A DNA stretch of 53,394 bases from Raillietiella orientalis (Eukaryota), in contig JAYWIR010000031.1 of assembly GCA_036172245.1 (NCBI GenBank), positions 2,666,001 through 2,719,394 of the forward strand, given 5' to 3'. A program made the translations under genes and the position numbers. Positions 1 to 13,611 of this stretch are shown here, one piece after another (position 1 is the stretch's first letter; every line of letters starts with the position of its first letter). The notes beneath the pieces are model-generated. The model ran no database searches. It was not told the origin of the DNA and worked only from the letters and a program-made list of their open reading frames with translations.

Positions 1-1411
1 TAAATAGATCTAGAATGGGCTGCATGATGTGAAGTGATAGTGAACTTTGTATTTCATACATGATAAAGGTGTACAGTAAAATCGGTGAATATTTGTTTAG
101 TTTTAACATCAGTTTACCATTTTTTGGCAATTGTTACTGATGCTTGTTTTGCTTGGATATCAGTTTTATAAATGTGTTGTTCAACTTTTTTGTGAAGTGC
201 ACATAAGTACTTCAAGAGTTTAGAACTCAGTGCTGTTGATTCAAAATTCGTGATTTATGTGAATAGTTGTATTGAAATGACGTATTTTGAAGAAATATTT
301 TTTAATTAGCTATCATGAGTATAGCACAGGAATTAGATCCGAATAGATACTATTGATACTTTCATGAATGGATGAATCGAAAACGTACTTTACACAACAA
401 AAGCTTATGCACAACAAAGGTTCATTTCTATGGTTTTCGTTTTTATTGTAACATCTTTTTGTTGCTAGATGTGTATTGGTGATGAAAACAGTACTGAAGC
501 AAAGGAGTTTTTAAGAAGTGATTCCTTCATTTATGGCTCTAACCACTATGAGTCACTTCATTATAAGCTGGATGCAAATTTTGCATTTTCCGTTTCTACC
601 CATTCTTTTAATCCGATTGGAAACTAAATATCCTTGGTTTAGCTGTTTAGAATTAAATGCAAATTTTGTTCAATTAGTTGTAAATGTTTTCCAGCTTAAG
701 TGATCTGGTCAGTCTAGTTTAGTCCAGTTGTTTCCCTGAGGGAAACCAATTTTCTTTTTGTCAAAGGATTTCTTGTGATATAGACTTTCCTAGAATCTTG
801 TTCAGTCACAATTGAATTTTTTTAGCATTTATTTTTAAACATTGTTGAATCATATTAGTTTATAATTTTATAAAATATATTAAGAATAAGTATGCAGTGG
901 AAAATTTTTCCATTTCCATCATTAAATAAAATCACCTTTCTTAAACAAAACTGACTGGTTTATACATCATTAAAGGTGTTCAGATTTTTTGTTTGTTGAA
1001 TGAATTTTCAATGTTATATTTTGTATTCTTTGTTATTACGTGCAGTGTTTAACATTCATATCTGAAATACTTCCCAGTTATTTCTTTTGTTTCTGTAGGC
1101 ACTGTTCTGTGTTTGGTTTTAAATTTAGCACTGTGGTATCATAAAATTTCAGTTCCATCTTTGCACTGCAACTGTGCATCTTTTACATTCAACAGTAACC
1201 ATTTTAAAACAGATTTTCGAACAATTCTCAAGTTGCTTTATTTGTTAATCAGTAAAAGCAACTTAAAAACACTCTTGAAATTTTTATCATTCAAAAAAAA
1301 ACTAAGAGATGGGATTAAGTTGTTTTCTGATGTATAATCAATGATTGTTTGTTTAATTCTTTATCTTTTGGAGGAAAACTTCAGCTGTTTATCAGTTGTT
1401 TGTATTTTTAG

Positions 1412-2354
1412 CCCCAGAAATACTGAATTTTGATCCTATTGGCCTTTTCACGGATATGTGGTGAGTTTAGGAAGACCATGGTTCAAACAATTAAAATTGG
1501 GGAGAAAATTTGTTTCTCATGTTTTTGTCAACTAACTGAACAATTGTTTCAGGTCTGTTGGAGTACTCACCTACGTTTTACTCACTGGCCTTTCTCCCTT
1601 TGCTGGTGATGACAAACAAGAGACTTATTGTAACATTACTACGAGAAACTTCTCATTTCCAGAGGATGTCTTTCAAGAAATCAGTAATGAAGCTAAGCAT
1701 TTTATTGATTCTCACCTCAACATGAACCCCAGGTATTTTATATAAAACATAAATGTACCTTGAAGGAACAATTAATATCATAATGGCATGAAGATGCCAG
1801 TTTTAGACTAAGGCAGCATTGTTTCTCAAATTACATGAGCAGGAGTGCAAATCGGATTCTATGATCACTTAAATTGCCATTTTAATTTGAACATTATGTA
1901 GCATTAATGGTTCTATTATGTATGATCTATTAAGGGACAGAAAAATTGTGAAAAGTAGTTTACAACAATTCTTACAGCATTTGAAGATGACCGCACACCT
2001 TGTTTGTTAGAATAGCAGATTAAAAGCACAATCCTAGTAGTTTTTTAGATCTAGGTTTTTCATGGGAATTATTGCAGATTCCGGCCCACTGTCACTCTTT
2101 CACTGGAGAACAAATGGCTTGCTGTTGCACAAGCAGAAAATAATGAGTGTCCTATAGAAGAATTTTCATCTGCAAATGCTGTTTGGAAAATTGGACCTCT
2201 GCTGAAAGTGGACCATAAGTATAAAATGCATCCATATTTTCCCAGAAGTTTGCAAGAAAATTCTCAAATTAAAAGCATTAATTCCTCAGAAAATAAAGTA
2301 GGAAAAAATTCATGTAGAGTAACTGATGGAATTAAAACTGCGGATATAATTTAG
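1412..2354 (+). CDS. STK17: DRAK/STK17 (DAPK-related) Ser/Thr kinase, last three coding exons; 5' exons not identified in the window
   Basis: Exons 1412-1460, 1553-1732 and 2078-2354 with GT-AG introns and matching phases translate to (A)PEILNFDPIGLFTDMW/SVGVLTYVLLTGLSPFAGDDKQETYCNI...NPR/FRPTVTLSLENKWL...ADII*. This covers kinase subdomains VIII-XI with the APE, DMWSxGV and SPFxGDxKQET motifs typical of DAPK/DRAK. Confidence 0.85.
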
Positions 2355-3228
2355 GACGTTAAATCATCAAATAAACATATGAGTTTATTGTGTTCAAATG
2401 AGACTGAGTTGACCATTCATTTTGGTTATGAACAGTGAAATGTTGAAAGTTTTATGGTGATGCACAATGATTATGTTGCAGAATCATTATATTTGTTGTG
2501 TAACAGTAAGAGTATGCACGTCACAATTCTTCAATCATTATTACTGAACTGCTTCAAGAGATTTGCTAGTAAACATGACTTCATGGTAATTAATTTTTAT
2601 ATGGAGAAATGTATCTGTTTATTTTTACATGCATAATATATGTGAAAATTATGGCACTAGCTTTAGTGTTTGGTGGAACTTCTTTGTAAATGTTTCCTGA
2701 ACAATAGTCAAGTGCTTTGCAGATATCCCTGCTGCTAACAAAATTTATGTAGTGTTAACTATGTAAGGAAAATCATCCCTAGCCCAAAATTATATTATAA
2801 TTTGTGACTAAAAGTACATATTAATTTTGTATATCAATAAGGTTTTTATTTATTACGACAGAATTTCATAACTTGATTCATCAGATTTCATTGCATATGC
2901 ATGCAGCTAAATGGAAAATTGGTTTTTTCAGGAACTGAAAGACAAATGCCAATTCTCACATTCTGTGCCTCAAGGAAATTCGGTAGAAAGTCTTTAAGCA
3001 CTTTGGCATGGCAGATAAATGAGAATCCCCTTGCAATCATTACAGTTTCCAAACTGAAAGGTTTTTTTATTTTCTCATTTACAACTAGCAATAGGTACAT
3101 TCAACAAAGTTCTCATAATTTAAATGCATGAATGACACCAATCGCTGTTTTCACTTAAATTTCTAAATGTAATGAGCACTGAACTCAAAGGTGGCACCAA
3201 GTGTATTACCAAATAGCATATATTTTTT

Positions 3229-3863
3229 TCATTTTCGTTTTTTACTACTCCTACTGCTGTCATGTTTGTCCTTATTTTTCAAGCTTTGCCATGGTAAGGG
3301 ATTCTTCCTATATATAGGCCAAGGTGGTAACGATAGCTAAAATGAAAAGGTTAATTCAACGAATCTGCATATTCCACATTTGCTAATGCATTTCAAATAG
3401 AAATTCTGATTTTACTCACCAGACTCGAAAGTGCTAAGCCAAATAACGAACAATATATGGTATACGATAGCTGTTGCAGGTAGAAACCTATGATAAATCC
3501 GAAAACCTACAACACAAGAAGGATGTTCACGGCATTCATTTACACCATTTGTTCCGTACCCCAGAGCACACGAGAACAACTTGAAAAATTTTCTCTGCTC
3601 TCCTCTGACCTGCATAATCCTAGAACACAAATTTTCCTGCTTTCTCTGGTTAAACTACACAATTTTTTTTCCCTCGCCAGTAATGACAAAAGATTTAAAT
3701 TTAGTCCATGTAAAGTAACGCTGGCAAACCATATCGCCGAGGTCGAGTGATGCATTTTCAAAGCCAGATTTCAGCTAAATGCGATCACTTGAAAAACCTA
3801 AGCTTAAATCGTTCTTGACGTGAAACTCACCAAATAAAATCTCTCACTACTGAAGATTTCCAT
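3229..3863 (-). CDS. SPCS1: Signal peptidase complex subunit 1 (SPC12), complete 4-exon gene, 95 aa
   Basis: Exons 3863-3831, 3619-3560, 3506-3420 and 3336-3229, all phase-0 GT-AG, give MEIFSSERFYL/DYAGQRRAEKIFQVVLVCSG/VFGFIIGFYLQQLSYTIYCSLFGLALSSL/LSLPPWPIYRKNPLPWQ...KKRK*. Contains the DYxGQxxAE and LPPWPxYRxxPLxW signatures and two hydrophobic segments. Confidence 0.95.
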
Positions 3864-4167
3864 CTTGTAGACCTGAACGTACCGTCGTGGCTTCGCGTTG
3901 CGGCAATACTCTGCTTTCGTGTAACTTGTGATTAAGTCATTGCTACCAGTATGTGTTGTGCCCTTCAATAAGATGGAAGCAATAGTCGAAAATTAATTCG
4001 AAAACATAGTAGCATTAAAAGGCAGACTCCATGTGAAGCCAAATTCCGATAATTCGTCGTGTAGGAGAGTGCAGGTGTTCATTGACTGGACCCAGAAATC
4101 AAAACTTTAGGAACTTTACTGAAGAAATGGTAAGAACTACGTTTGCAGAACGCATATTGAAAAATAA

Positions 4168-4184
4168 TATATATATATATATAT
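4168..4184. repeat. (AT)n microsatellite
   Basis: Run of atatat... read directly. Confidence 0.7.
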
Positions 4185-5521
4185 TGTAATGTGATTTTTC
4201 CTTTAAGAAACATGCAAAGGAAATGAAATATTTTCGAAGTACATATAGATTCTTAAAATGTGATTGGAAACGAACTTATCGGAAACGAAAATATGGCTTG
4301 GTTTGGGGCTTTGATTCAAGATTTCTTAAAGTTGCTTCACACTGAGTCAGAGAAGCAGAAAAATCAGTTGTTCAAAATACCCATGAAACAACAGATACAG
4401 AGAAATTTCATTGCATGAAGCTCAATGGGAAATCCGTTTGCAGATGATGCGAAAGAAAACAAACCAACAAAAAGCATTCGGACTATGATTACAACAAAAC
4501 ACGAGAAATGCATTACACGGATGGAAAAATTGCTTAGATATGAGCCGTATCAATGCTGTTGATTAAAGAGATTTCCTTCTTAATACGCCACATATCGATT
4601 TCCATGATTGCAGTGATTAATAAATTCATTGCCATTTTGTAAATGCTGCGAAATAAAAAAAGTAATGAAAGTTTTAATGAAGCATGAAAAAAGTCAAAAA
4701 TGAAGTGTCTGCATGACTGCAGGGATGCTATTTAGCAGATTACAGAACATTAGCTTTATTCGCATAAATATAGCATCTGCAGCAATCTCTTACTACTGCA
4801 TTCATTAAGGTTAAAACCATTTCAAGGAAACCCTTAATATGCATATTTCAGTTATTTGTAATTGGAGTTCTTATCAAATAAGCATTTTTACTTTTTCTTA
4901 TATGACACATATAGAATGGAAACAGTCAATGGGACAATTAGAAATATACATGACATAACTTTATTGAACTTTCGGAAATAGTATACGCAACAGAACCTAC
5001 TTCTCAAATAGTCCAGAAATTTAAATTAAACGATTAGCAGAAAATATTTGGATTAGCAGGCCTCCGACACGGGCACTTTTCCTTTCTCGGATTGCTCCCA
5101 AATACAAATTTCTTTTTGTTTCCTTCTCTCTCATGAGATTAAAAAAGAGGCCCGAGTGTCCTCAAGGCATGATCCTTTCCCACCACTGCCAATCCTCGAA
5201 CTGATGTCTTCCCTTCTCAGCCTGGAGTTGCGTGTTTGACTGCATTGGCAGTTGCGGAAAGAGAGGAAGGATTACATTCCAGAGGGCGACGACATGAGCA
5301 AGGAGTCGAGAGGGATAAATACGAGGGAAGGTCTCAGCTCGAGGCCGAGAAATCTTTCCTTGATACTCAGCTTAGGTAACCCGGGGACTCCTTTCAGAAA
5401 TGCAAGGAGCAAGAGGTGGAAAAAAACTACTTAGATAAGATGTTTCGGGAGGGAGAGACCATCTGAGCGGCTGGGTGAGAAAAGAGCTTCCCAGAGCTCC
5501 TTCCCTCCTTCACCCCTCTTT

Positions 5522-6685
5522 CTAACTCGGTCGGATAAGACAGGTGGTGACGGCGTACGGCTGGCTGGCCTCGCCTCGCCTCCGTTCCTCGACAGGGAAA
5601 CGCTCCTGCGCAGTGTGGTGGCTGAGCGGCGAGGCTTTTTCCTGTACCGAAGCCGGACTACGGGATGGACAGAGACGCCACGGGCTCCCTTTTTTTTTTA
5701 CCACTTTTACTCTCTTCCTATTTCAGAGGCAGCGGCTGATGGTTTCATGTCGTCGAGTTTCCTCGAGTTTCATGCCTTTTTGCTCTGCATCCCGTTCATG
5801 CTCACAGTTTGCTCCCTGCAGGAACGTGGGCAAAGGACCATCAGGCGTGATTTTCCTCTCGGAGGGACAAAGAGTGTCTCTTTCCGTTCGAGTCACGGTC
5901 ACCCTTCTCCTTGAGGGGGTCCCACGTAGAGACATCGGCTTCATCTTACATCGGAGAAGGAGTACCGGTTCCTGGGAAACGCCCAGCCATTATCCGCGAA
6001 AAGGAATGCTCTCCCACACCTTGCTCCTATCGTTCCGGCTGGGACCCTCGCGTGCGCTGCCTGGGGCGTACTGGAGACTCCCTGAACTTATTTGTCGCGC
6101 TGGTGTTTCTTTGTTTGTGATTGTATCGAGAGGAAGAAGGGAGGTGGGAGTAGGGGATAGGGAGGAAAATCGGCGTGTGTGTTCCTGCTGCTCTCGGAGC
6201 ATCGGGAGCAGCAACGAACTTTCCAGACCACTTAGAAAATGGACGGACGCGTCTCGAACGGGAGCATGAGCCTGAGAGGGAGCGGTCATGGCTAAAGGTC
6301 GATGTGCCACTGCCTGCTCCCCTCCCTTGAAACCCTCTGGAACAGGGGTCTCAAGGGTTCTCGAGGCGAGACGGGAAGCTGCAGCAAACTTTCACGGGGA
6401 ACGGCTGGCTCTATTTGATCCCCGGAGGCTGCACCTCGAGAGGAGAGCCTCCAGATTTCTCCTGTCCAAAACATGCTGCTCTTGCAGTCTCCTCAGCATC
6501 TGGCGCGTCTCGGAATAGTCGACGATCACCCTTGAGGTTCCATCCTCCGGATATTCAGGAAGGGTACTTGTGGAGACCGATGGAGCAGGACGGGCACGCT
6601 CGCTTCTCCTGCGACCGTCCTCCGCCGCCGCGCCTCTCGGAGGACCTCTGCTCACCAGCTTCGCTGACCTCTTCCAGTACTCCAT
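5522..6685 (-). pseudogene. GC-rich orphan reading frame broken by in-frame stops (decayed gene or TE ORF of unknown type)
   Basis: ORFs 6392-6685, 5990-6310, 5723-5944 and 5522-5704 lie in one minus frame separated only by single stops. Composition contrasts with the AT-rich flanks. No recognisable domain. Confidence 0.3.
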
Positions 6686-7404
6686 CCCCTGGAGGAATCA
6701 CCGTCGATGGGAAATTCTAACGAATCGGCTTGAAAGGGAAGGCAAAGAGCAGGAAAACGAGCTGAGATGAATGCCCTTTGAAAGGAGACTGTTGTTGGGG
6801 AGTTGGGTTCAAAATCCCGAACGATCAGCATCCCGGAAGATCATTGGAAATAAATACATGTGTTTATTATGTATATTTATGCATGGATCATATATATTGG
6901 AACGGTTATAATGAATAAATAAATATTCTTATTAAGTATATTATTTGAACATATAATTATTTGAGCATACACATTCATCAATATTTATTAACATGCATAT
7001 TAATGATAAAATCAATAACATCTATTTATTTATTTTAAAAATATATGTTAAATATTGTAAAAAATAAACATATAAGTTCACTATATATATTTCCACATTT
7101 GATAAATATATATTAAAGGAATTTATAAATATTGAATTTCAAGAAATGAAAAATAGTGGTGGCAATTTGAAATGGAAGAAAAAAGAGCCAACGAATTAAA
7201 AAGACAAAAAGGAAATTTTGCATTTCATTTTCTCATCATTTTTATTAATTGAATGGAACTTTGTCAGTTAATGATAAATTGCATATTCGGGATTTTGATC
7301 GTTTGCTAGGTATAAGTTTGTAATTTGATATTTACCTATCCACTTAAAGTATATTTATTATATGTATAAACACATTTATTATTTATAAACGTGTACTTAT
7401 TAAA

Positions 7405-7876
7405 TATAAATACATATTTATCACATATATAAACATACATAATAAACAAACACATAATTTATTTTTTATGATCCTACAGGATTTGATCGGGAGAGCACCG
7501 CCGGAAGTACCTGACCGTCCATTTCAGGAAGGAGGTCTTTCCTAGCGGGCATTCCAATTCGGAAAGAGACACTTTGGTGGATTCGCGCTTCCATCTGCTT
7601 GCTAATGAGCGTCAATTCTAATTGACTCTTCATCTCGAAGAGTTGCGTGAAAAAACGGATGCAGCTCGGAGTCAAGGAGCAAGCAGATGGAAGCGCGAAT
7701 CCACCAAAGTGTCTCTTTCCGAATTGGAATGCCCGCTAGGAAAGACCTCCTTCCTGAAATGGACGGTCAGGTACTTCCGGCGGTGCTCTCCCGATCAAAT
7801 CCTGTAGGATCATAAAAAATAAATTATGTGTTTGTTTATTATGTATGTTTATATATGTGATAAATATGTATTTATA
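7405..7876. repeat. Perfect inverted repeat: 199-bp arms with a 74-bp spacer
   Basis: 7405-7603 is the exact reverse complement of 7678-7876 (checked base by base). Confidence 0.97.
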
Positions 7877-7973
7877 ATGTATCCTTGGTCAGCGACACAC
7901 GTTACCAAGATCCCAGTGACAAGGAGCATCCACTAAGCTGAAGCCGGCGTTGCCACCTGAGCGGAGGAACCGA

Positions 7974-8636
7974 CAGGGTTGCCAACAGAAGTCAATGGAA
8001 TCCCGCTAGATGGCCTTTGAATGCCCGCTATTTTCAAAAAAAAAAAAGCTCCAGATTTCAATACTCAGAAATAAATTATTATTATCGTTAAATCATTGAA
8101 TGCCACTCAACCTTCAGATTCTATAGTGAAAAAATAAAATGCAAGCTAACAATTAATTGTTGATCACATGTTATTAAACTACTGATGCACATATTCGATC
8201 CGTTTGTAAGGCGAGCGCCGCACTGTCTGTCTTAATACCTATGGTTTAAAAAGAAAAAAGCAAACGCCTGTAAATTGCAATTAAATACTCAAATTTTTGC
8301 TGCTGCACTACAACAATCAAAATTTGAATATCAAAATATTTTCATAATAATAAGTCCGCGACAATCTTTATCAACGATGTCATAATTTATTAATGTGACT
8401 TTACATCCTCCAAGATTGGAACGGAGGTGAATAAAATGTCCGGAATTCTATTTAAGGCTGTTTACAACATCCATAATTGAAAATTTTCTTTGAAAACATG
8501 GAAACCCCGTAAACTTCGGCGGCCCAGTGATTTCAAAACCACTAGAATTCCCGCTCGGAGAGATGAAATATTTTTAGCCACTAGATGGGTTTCCAAAAGC
8601 AGATGCAGCGGGAAAATCGCGAAATTGGCAATCCAA
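7974..8636. mobile_element. Non-autonomous hAT-type DNA transposon (MITE), ~663 bp
   Basis: Termini CAGGGTTGCCAA (7974) and TTGGCAATCCAA (8625-8636) match 9/12 as an inverted pair. Flanking 8-mers GGAACCGA / GGAACCAG match 6/8, consistent with an 8-bp TSD. Subterminal CCCGCTA-like repeats and an AT-rich non-coding interior. Confidence 0.65.
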
Positions 8637-8799
8637 GGAACCAGCGCCAATGCACAGACAGCAGGAATTCCTTCATATGGAAGGAAGAGCAGATTCAATA
8701 TCAATCCAAAGCTGCAGAACTCTGGGAACACAGCCGTCCTGCGGAAAAGTTCTTTCCTGTGCATGACTGACGCTGCTGGAATCACCAATCGACGCAAAC

Positions 8800-11700
8800 A
8801 ACCAAGAAATCATCAATCCGCTTGAAGTGCTTACTCATGTAAATGCATCATGGTTACATTTTCATGGAATCCTCTCAGTAATTTATTTCAGTTCCGGAGC
8901 ACCTTGCGAGGAAACCCTTTCGATTCGCATCTTCGATGAATCGCACTTCTGGATCAGGCGGCCTCGTATGAGTCTGATGAAAATCCATGGCGGGATCCAC
9001 GCTCGTCGTGAAATAGCACGTAGGCGGAAGCCGGAGCTTGAGACTCCAGCTTCCCCTCACGCTTTCCAAATTACTAGAGTTAAAGGAAGGAAGAAAAGTG
9101 CAAATTCGAATGCTCGAATGTACGCGTTCGTGAACAGTGAGGAATGCTGCCGGCATGCAACGAAAACTCCAACTTTGCTTCAGCGCTTCACAGAAGAACC
9201 CTGTAAACTCTTGTTAACCTCCGGTAGCGGAGGTCAAATTGACTCCCAGGTGCACAGAAACCACAAAGAGAGCAAGGAGGCTGCACATTTAAGTCAGAAC
9301 GTGTCGCGAATCCACTACGATTCCACCGCCAAGAATTTTCCTTTGAACAGAAGGGAACGCGTCGAGTATTCCATTTTGTTTTTTTTTCTCCTAAAGTTGT
9401 TCCACACGAATGCCTAAAGGAAATGTCTTTGGAAAACATCTAAGCGGTGGAGGTGAACGATCCAATTCATCTCTCAGGTAATTCTTTGCCATTAGAAGAT
9501 TCTTTCGGTGTCTCTCAAGAGAACGTTATATAATTTCTAGTAAGGTCTAGAGGTGCGTACTAAGGAAGGATGCTCACCCATCATTCATTTAAGCATTCCT
9601 TTACGATTTCAGAAAAATCAAGGTTATTGGAAGGACAGATGGGGATGTAGTCAGTCATCCAAATGCTCGACCACATTCAGATGGCGGGTAATGGAAGCTG
9701 ATTCCTATCTCGCGGGACTTAGAGTGACACGGCTGTTTTCGTGGTTACACTACTTAAGCAACAGAATCTGTGATCAGTTTGCCGAGTCAAAATCGGTGAA
9801 AACGTGAAGTTCACAAAATTGAAAATGCGATTCTCGAAGGCATGCAACACTCAAATGCTCCGTTTGAGTAACATCAAGAGATGAACGTAGCTCTCCCAAT
9901 AGATTATCTGATCTGATTTTCCATCATACTCTTTTTCTTTTGGACGGTTTCTCCTGAGGGCACACTGTGACATTCAGTAAAGAACGAGCAGAGGAACAGC
10001 CAAGGGCATTTCTTTTGCTAGCAGCATTTCCGTATGACATCTTTCTCCAGTAAATGACGCTCTTTAAAATATCGCATGCTTTTCTTTTCAAAGCAAAATA
10101 GCGCTTTCCTTACCTCTGGCTTTATGTTTGCATTGGAACCAGTGCTTCTTAAAGAGGTGAAACTACTACAGCTCATCTTGCTCTCTTCGTTTGTACATTG
10201 GATGGTAGAAGGAGATGCACCGTTGCCATGCAAACTCAGATCTGAGACGACCAAGGGAAATGAAGCCATTACTTCAAGTGAAATATGCGACATACCGCTA
10301 ACTGACTTGGATGAAAGCAGAATATCTGAACAGGAATACTGCCGTCTAAGATATCTCTGTAATGGCATATGAAAAACCTTATTATCTGTAAGTTTTCTCT
10401 CAAATGGTTGATGCACCTGGATTCCTTCCTGCTGATCCGAAGAAGGAAAACAACCAGTGACAGCCAGGGATTTGTTTTCCTTTTTCACTGAACTAATGTG
10501 AGGGTGTTAAGAACCGTGAGATGTGTTCCCTGCGTACACAATTCGAACCTCTCACGGGGTTTCTGTTTCACAGGAGGAATTCCCCTGGGAGGAAAAATCC
10601 GATGGAGACTCCTGACTACTCGACTCTGAGAGTCGGAATTCCCTGACCACAAGGAAAGACTTTCAGTGTTGTTCCGTTTGAAAATCGGGTAGCTTGGCGC
10701 GATTTGACTTCGGCTCATCAAAATGGGAATTTTTGACGCTTTCCTTCGGGAGTTCAAATGCCAGTAGTCCTGAAAACAAGGACGGAACTTTAGTTTTATC
10801 TCCATGCAGCCTCCGCTTTCTTAGATTTGAGCGAAATCGACGAAGTGTCGCAGTGCCAATGAGGGTTTCATGGAATATACCGAAAGAATGTGATGTCCCT
10901 GAAATTGTAACTGTGCCGCTCGCCATGATGGGATCTGGCAAATACGTCATTAAAGCTAAAATTAAATCATTAGATCCGCTTCCTAAGCAGATAATTTCCA
11001 AGACTTCTCTATGGTACAGTCTCAGCCGCCAACCTCCTCGCGTTGTTCTTGACCTTGAATGACTGGAGTCATAGCAAGATTCACATTTCAAAAAATCTTC
11101 CTAAGGTTGATAAGGAGACAAGGCCTGATAAGAGAGCTTGTTTTAAATAAATGGAGGTTTTCCATACCCTCAGAACCTCTTCAAGTCCTTTGATGAGTTG
11201 ATAAGGATCAAACAACCTTTAATCTTTTTCTTGGATGATTCCAGATATTTGAATGCCTTGTTTCGAAATCGATCATCGAATTAAAATGAAATCTGCCTCA
11301 GTTTAATTGCAGTCTCCAAAATGCAAGCAAGCACCTCTATTTGCTTTGGTCATTTCTTGGGCTCAAAATGCGCTCTCATTGCACGCTTTCCTGCACCAGA
11401 ATACCGTTATCGCTTCTCGCATCTACTTGATCTTTGGTTTGAGTTTACCAATCTGCATTGTGATCTTTTCTAGATGGAGCTTGCTGCTTAAGCAGTGGAC
11501 GCAGAATTATATTCCTGATATTCTGAGGCACATCAGTGATTTTATTTTATTTTTATTCTGCTCAGTGCTTTTTGAATGCACGTTTTGTCCGATTTTTTTG
11601 CTCAGTTACCCTGATCTCATGTCTCAATACTGGATAGTGCTCCTTTTGATATGTCCGAAAGACCTAGAATTCACCTATGAAATCATGCTTGCTTGATATT

Positions 11701-13250
11701 TCTTGATTTTTGCATTTTTGTGGATTCCATGTTCAACACGACCCAACAGGGTATCCTGATGGCAATGAGGAGCATCTTTAGATTTCAGATTAACCGTCGT
11801 ATGTGCACCTCGAAGAATATGAAAATTTGCACTTGGAAATAATGATTCAATTGAAGGCTATAATTCTCCACACAGATATTTTGTCAATCAAATTTACTGC
11901 AACTTTGTCATTCTAAAAATGTTTCTACCTTTTCAGTGGGGTCGAGGGAAGAAAAAAAACGCACACACATTGCTGCTTCAGCATTTTTCATACCTTATTC
12001 CTCTAATCTCATCCCCCTCAATAGAGAGATTTTGATTTTTGGCTGCACTTCATGATCCGTAAGCAATTCAAACAAATTCCAGCTCTTTGTCTTATTTTTG
12101 GAATTGACGAATCGCATTTAACTTAACGCTATAGCATTCATGGCGCTCAAAACAAACCGCTCCCGAATCAAAATCAATCAGTTACGACGAACATTATGTT
12201 GTGTCCATATCTTAGCACACAACTAAATCCACAGCACATCTAATTGTCTCAGTAATCGAAAACTTGGGATTTCCGCATTCTTTATTGGTTGAGTGGATTC
12301 GAATCCCGTCAGTCCCTAAACTTTCTTCTACGGCCTGCTGTGCGTCGACGGAATTCAAGATCTCACAAGTTGAGAAGATAGATGCCGCATCCCACAAAAT
12401 CTATTGAGGAGCATATTACTCACTTGAAGTGTGTTGCTTCCATGAACTTCCCACTCTGCTGATTTCATACCGAAAGCAGAAAATTTACCATCAATACGAT
12501 TCTCTGTTTCGTTTCTTCGAGAATTCCCCGCAGCTATTCTGGATGCAGTCCCCCTAGAGGTATCTGCATGGCTCTCGAGTGAATCAACAGAGATGCTGGA
12601 AGACTCATCACTGCCACTGGCATCTCTGTTCCTTCTGTAATTCATGCTAAAATAATCGGGGAGTTTACGGGGTGACCCAAGTAAACAAACAACAAAACAC
12701 CTCCGTTTCTAAATAGCTTCCGGTCAACAATGGACACTAATTCGTTCTGTCTTTTGCCATCAGCAAAGTGCAGAAGTAAGCCCTACGTTGCCACTGTCTT
12801 GTTCGGGGTTAGCATCAGTCGAATCGCTTTCGAAAGCTAGCATAATCTATGGCAACTGTGACTGGACGCCAATAGTGATTGATGCATTCGTTGGTCGGGT
12901 GTCAGATGGACTCCTCGTGTACTTTTTTGCATTGGAGATTCTTTGGAGAAGTGGATTTCGAAGTGATTTCTTAGAGGCTAGATCTGTGGGGAGATTTTTT
13001 TTGTCACAATTCTCCGGTTTTTTCCTGCCGGTAAGTCTATCAAGTGATTTGTAGTAAATGAAATCAAACTTTGTTGGCGGGATGGTAGGTTTCTTCAAAT
13101 TAGAAATGTACCAATTAGGAGACAGTACTCGAGTTTTTCCCCTTCGAGAGTCCCCCACTAAAGAAAATAATAGAGACTGTCCACAGTCTTGGCAGAATGA
13201 CGAATCACAAACAGAGGTTGTAATTTTTCGCATGGAATATTAAAACATTT
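8800..13250 (-). pseudogene. Decayed or orphan Ser/Lys/Arg-rich coding sequence, possibly multi-exon; product unknown
   Basis: Chain of minus-strand ORFs (12847-13233, 12355-12645, 10663-11091, 10485-10805, 10018-10488, 8875-9156) with low-complexity protein-like composition, plus frames interrupted by TAG/TGA/TAA (e.g. 11300-11800). No domain recognised. Confidence 0.3.
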
Positions 13251-13574
13251 ACTGCATTCACGATTTCAGCAATCATCAAAATCCTGAATATGATACCTAT
13301 TTACTTTTGCTGTAGTTCCAGATTGCTATCTATGCTATTTATGGTTAGAAGAAAGAATGCGGTTTTCTTGGATTCAAAATTTATGTTTTTTTCACTAATT
13401 GTAGTTTCTTTAAAGTCTCGTGTGAAATTACTAGTGTGTAGTATGCGTCAAAATGGGAAGATCAGAGCACACATCTGTAAATGGAAATACGTAGAGACTG
13501 ATTTGCATTCCTTATACTAGTGCAAACTTCGTCCTGTCTGTACCATGTACTCGACCCTGTGCAGTACACGAAGA

Positions 13575-13611
13575 CTGTCGGGGACAGCTGTTTAAAGGCT
13601 GTCCCCGACAG
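13575..13611. repeat. Perfect 14-bp GC-rich hairpin (CTGTCGGGGACAGC-9 nt-GCTGTCCCCGACAG)
   Basis: Arms 13575-13588 and 13598-13611 are exact reverse complements. Confidence 0.9.

Noticed and set aside
12295..12307. B-box-like GGATTCGAATCCC
   Set aside because: No cloverleaf, acceptor stem or properly spaced A-box.
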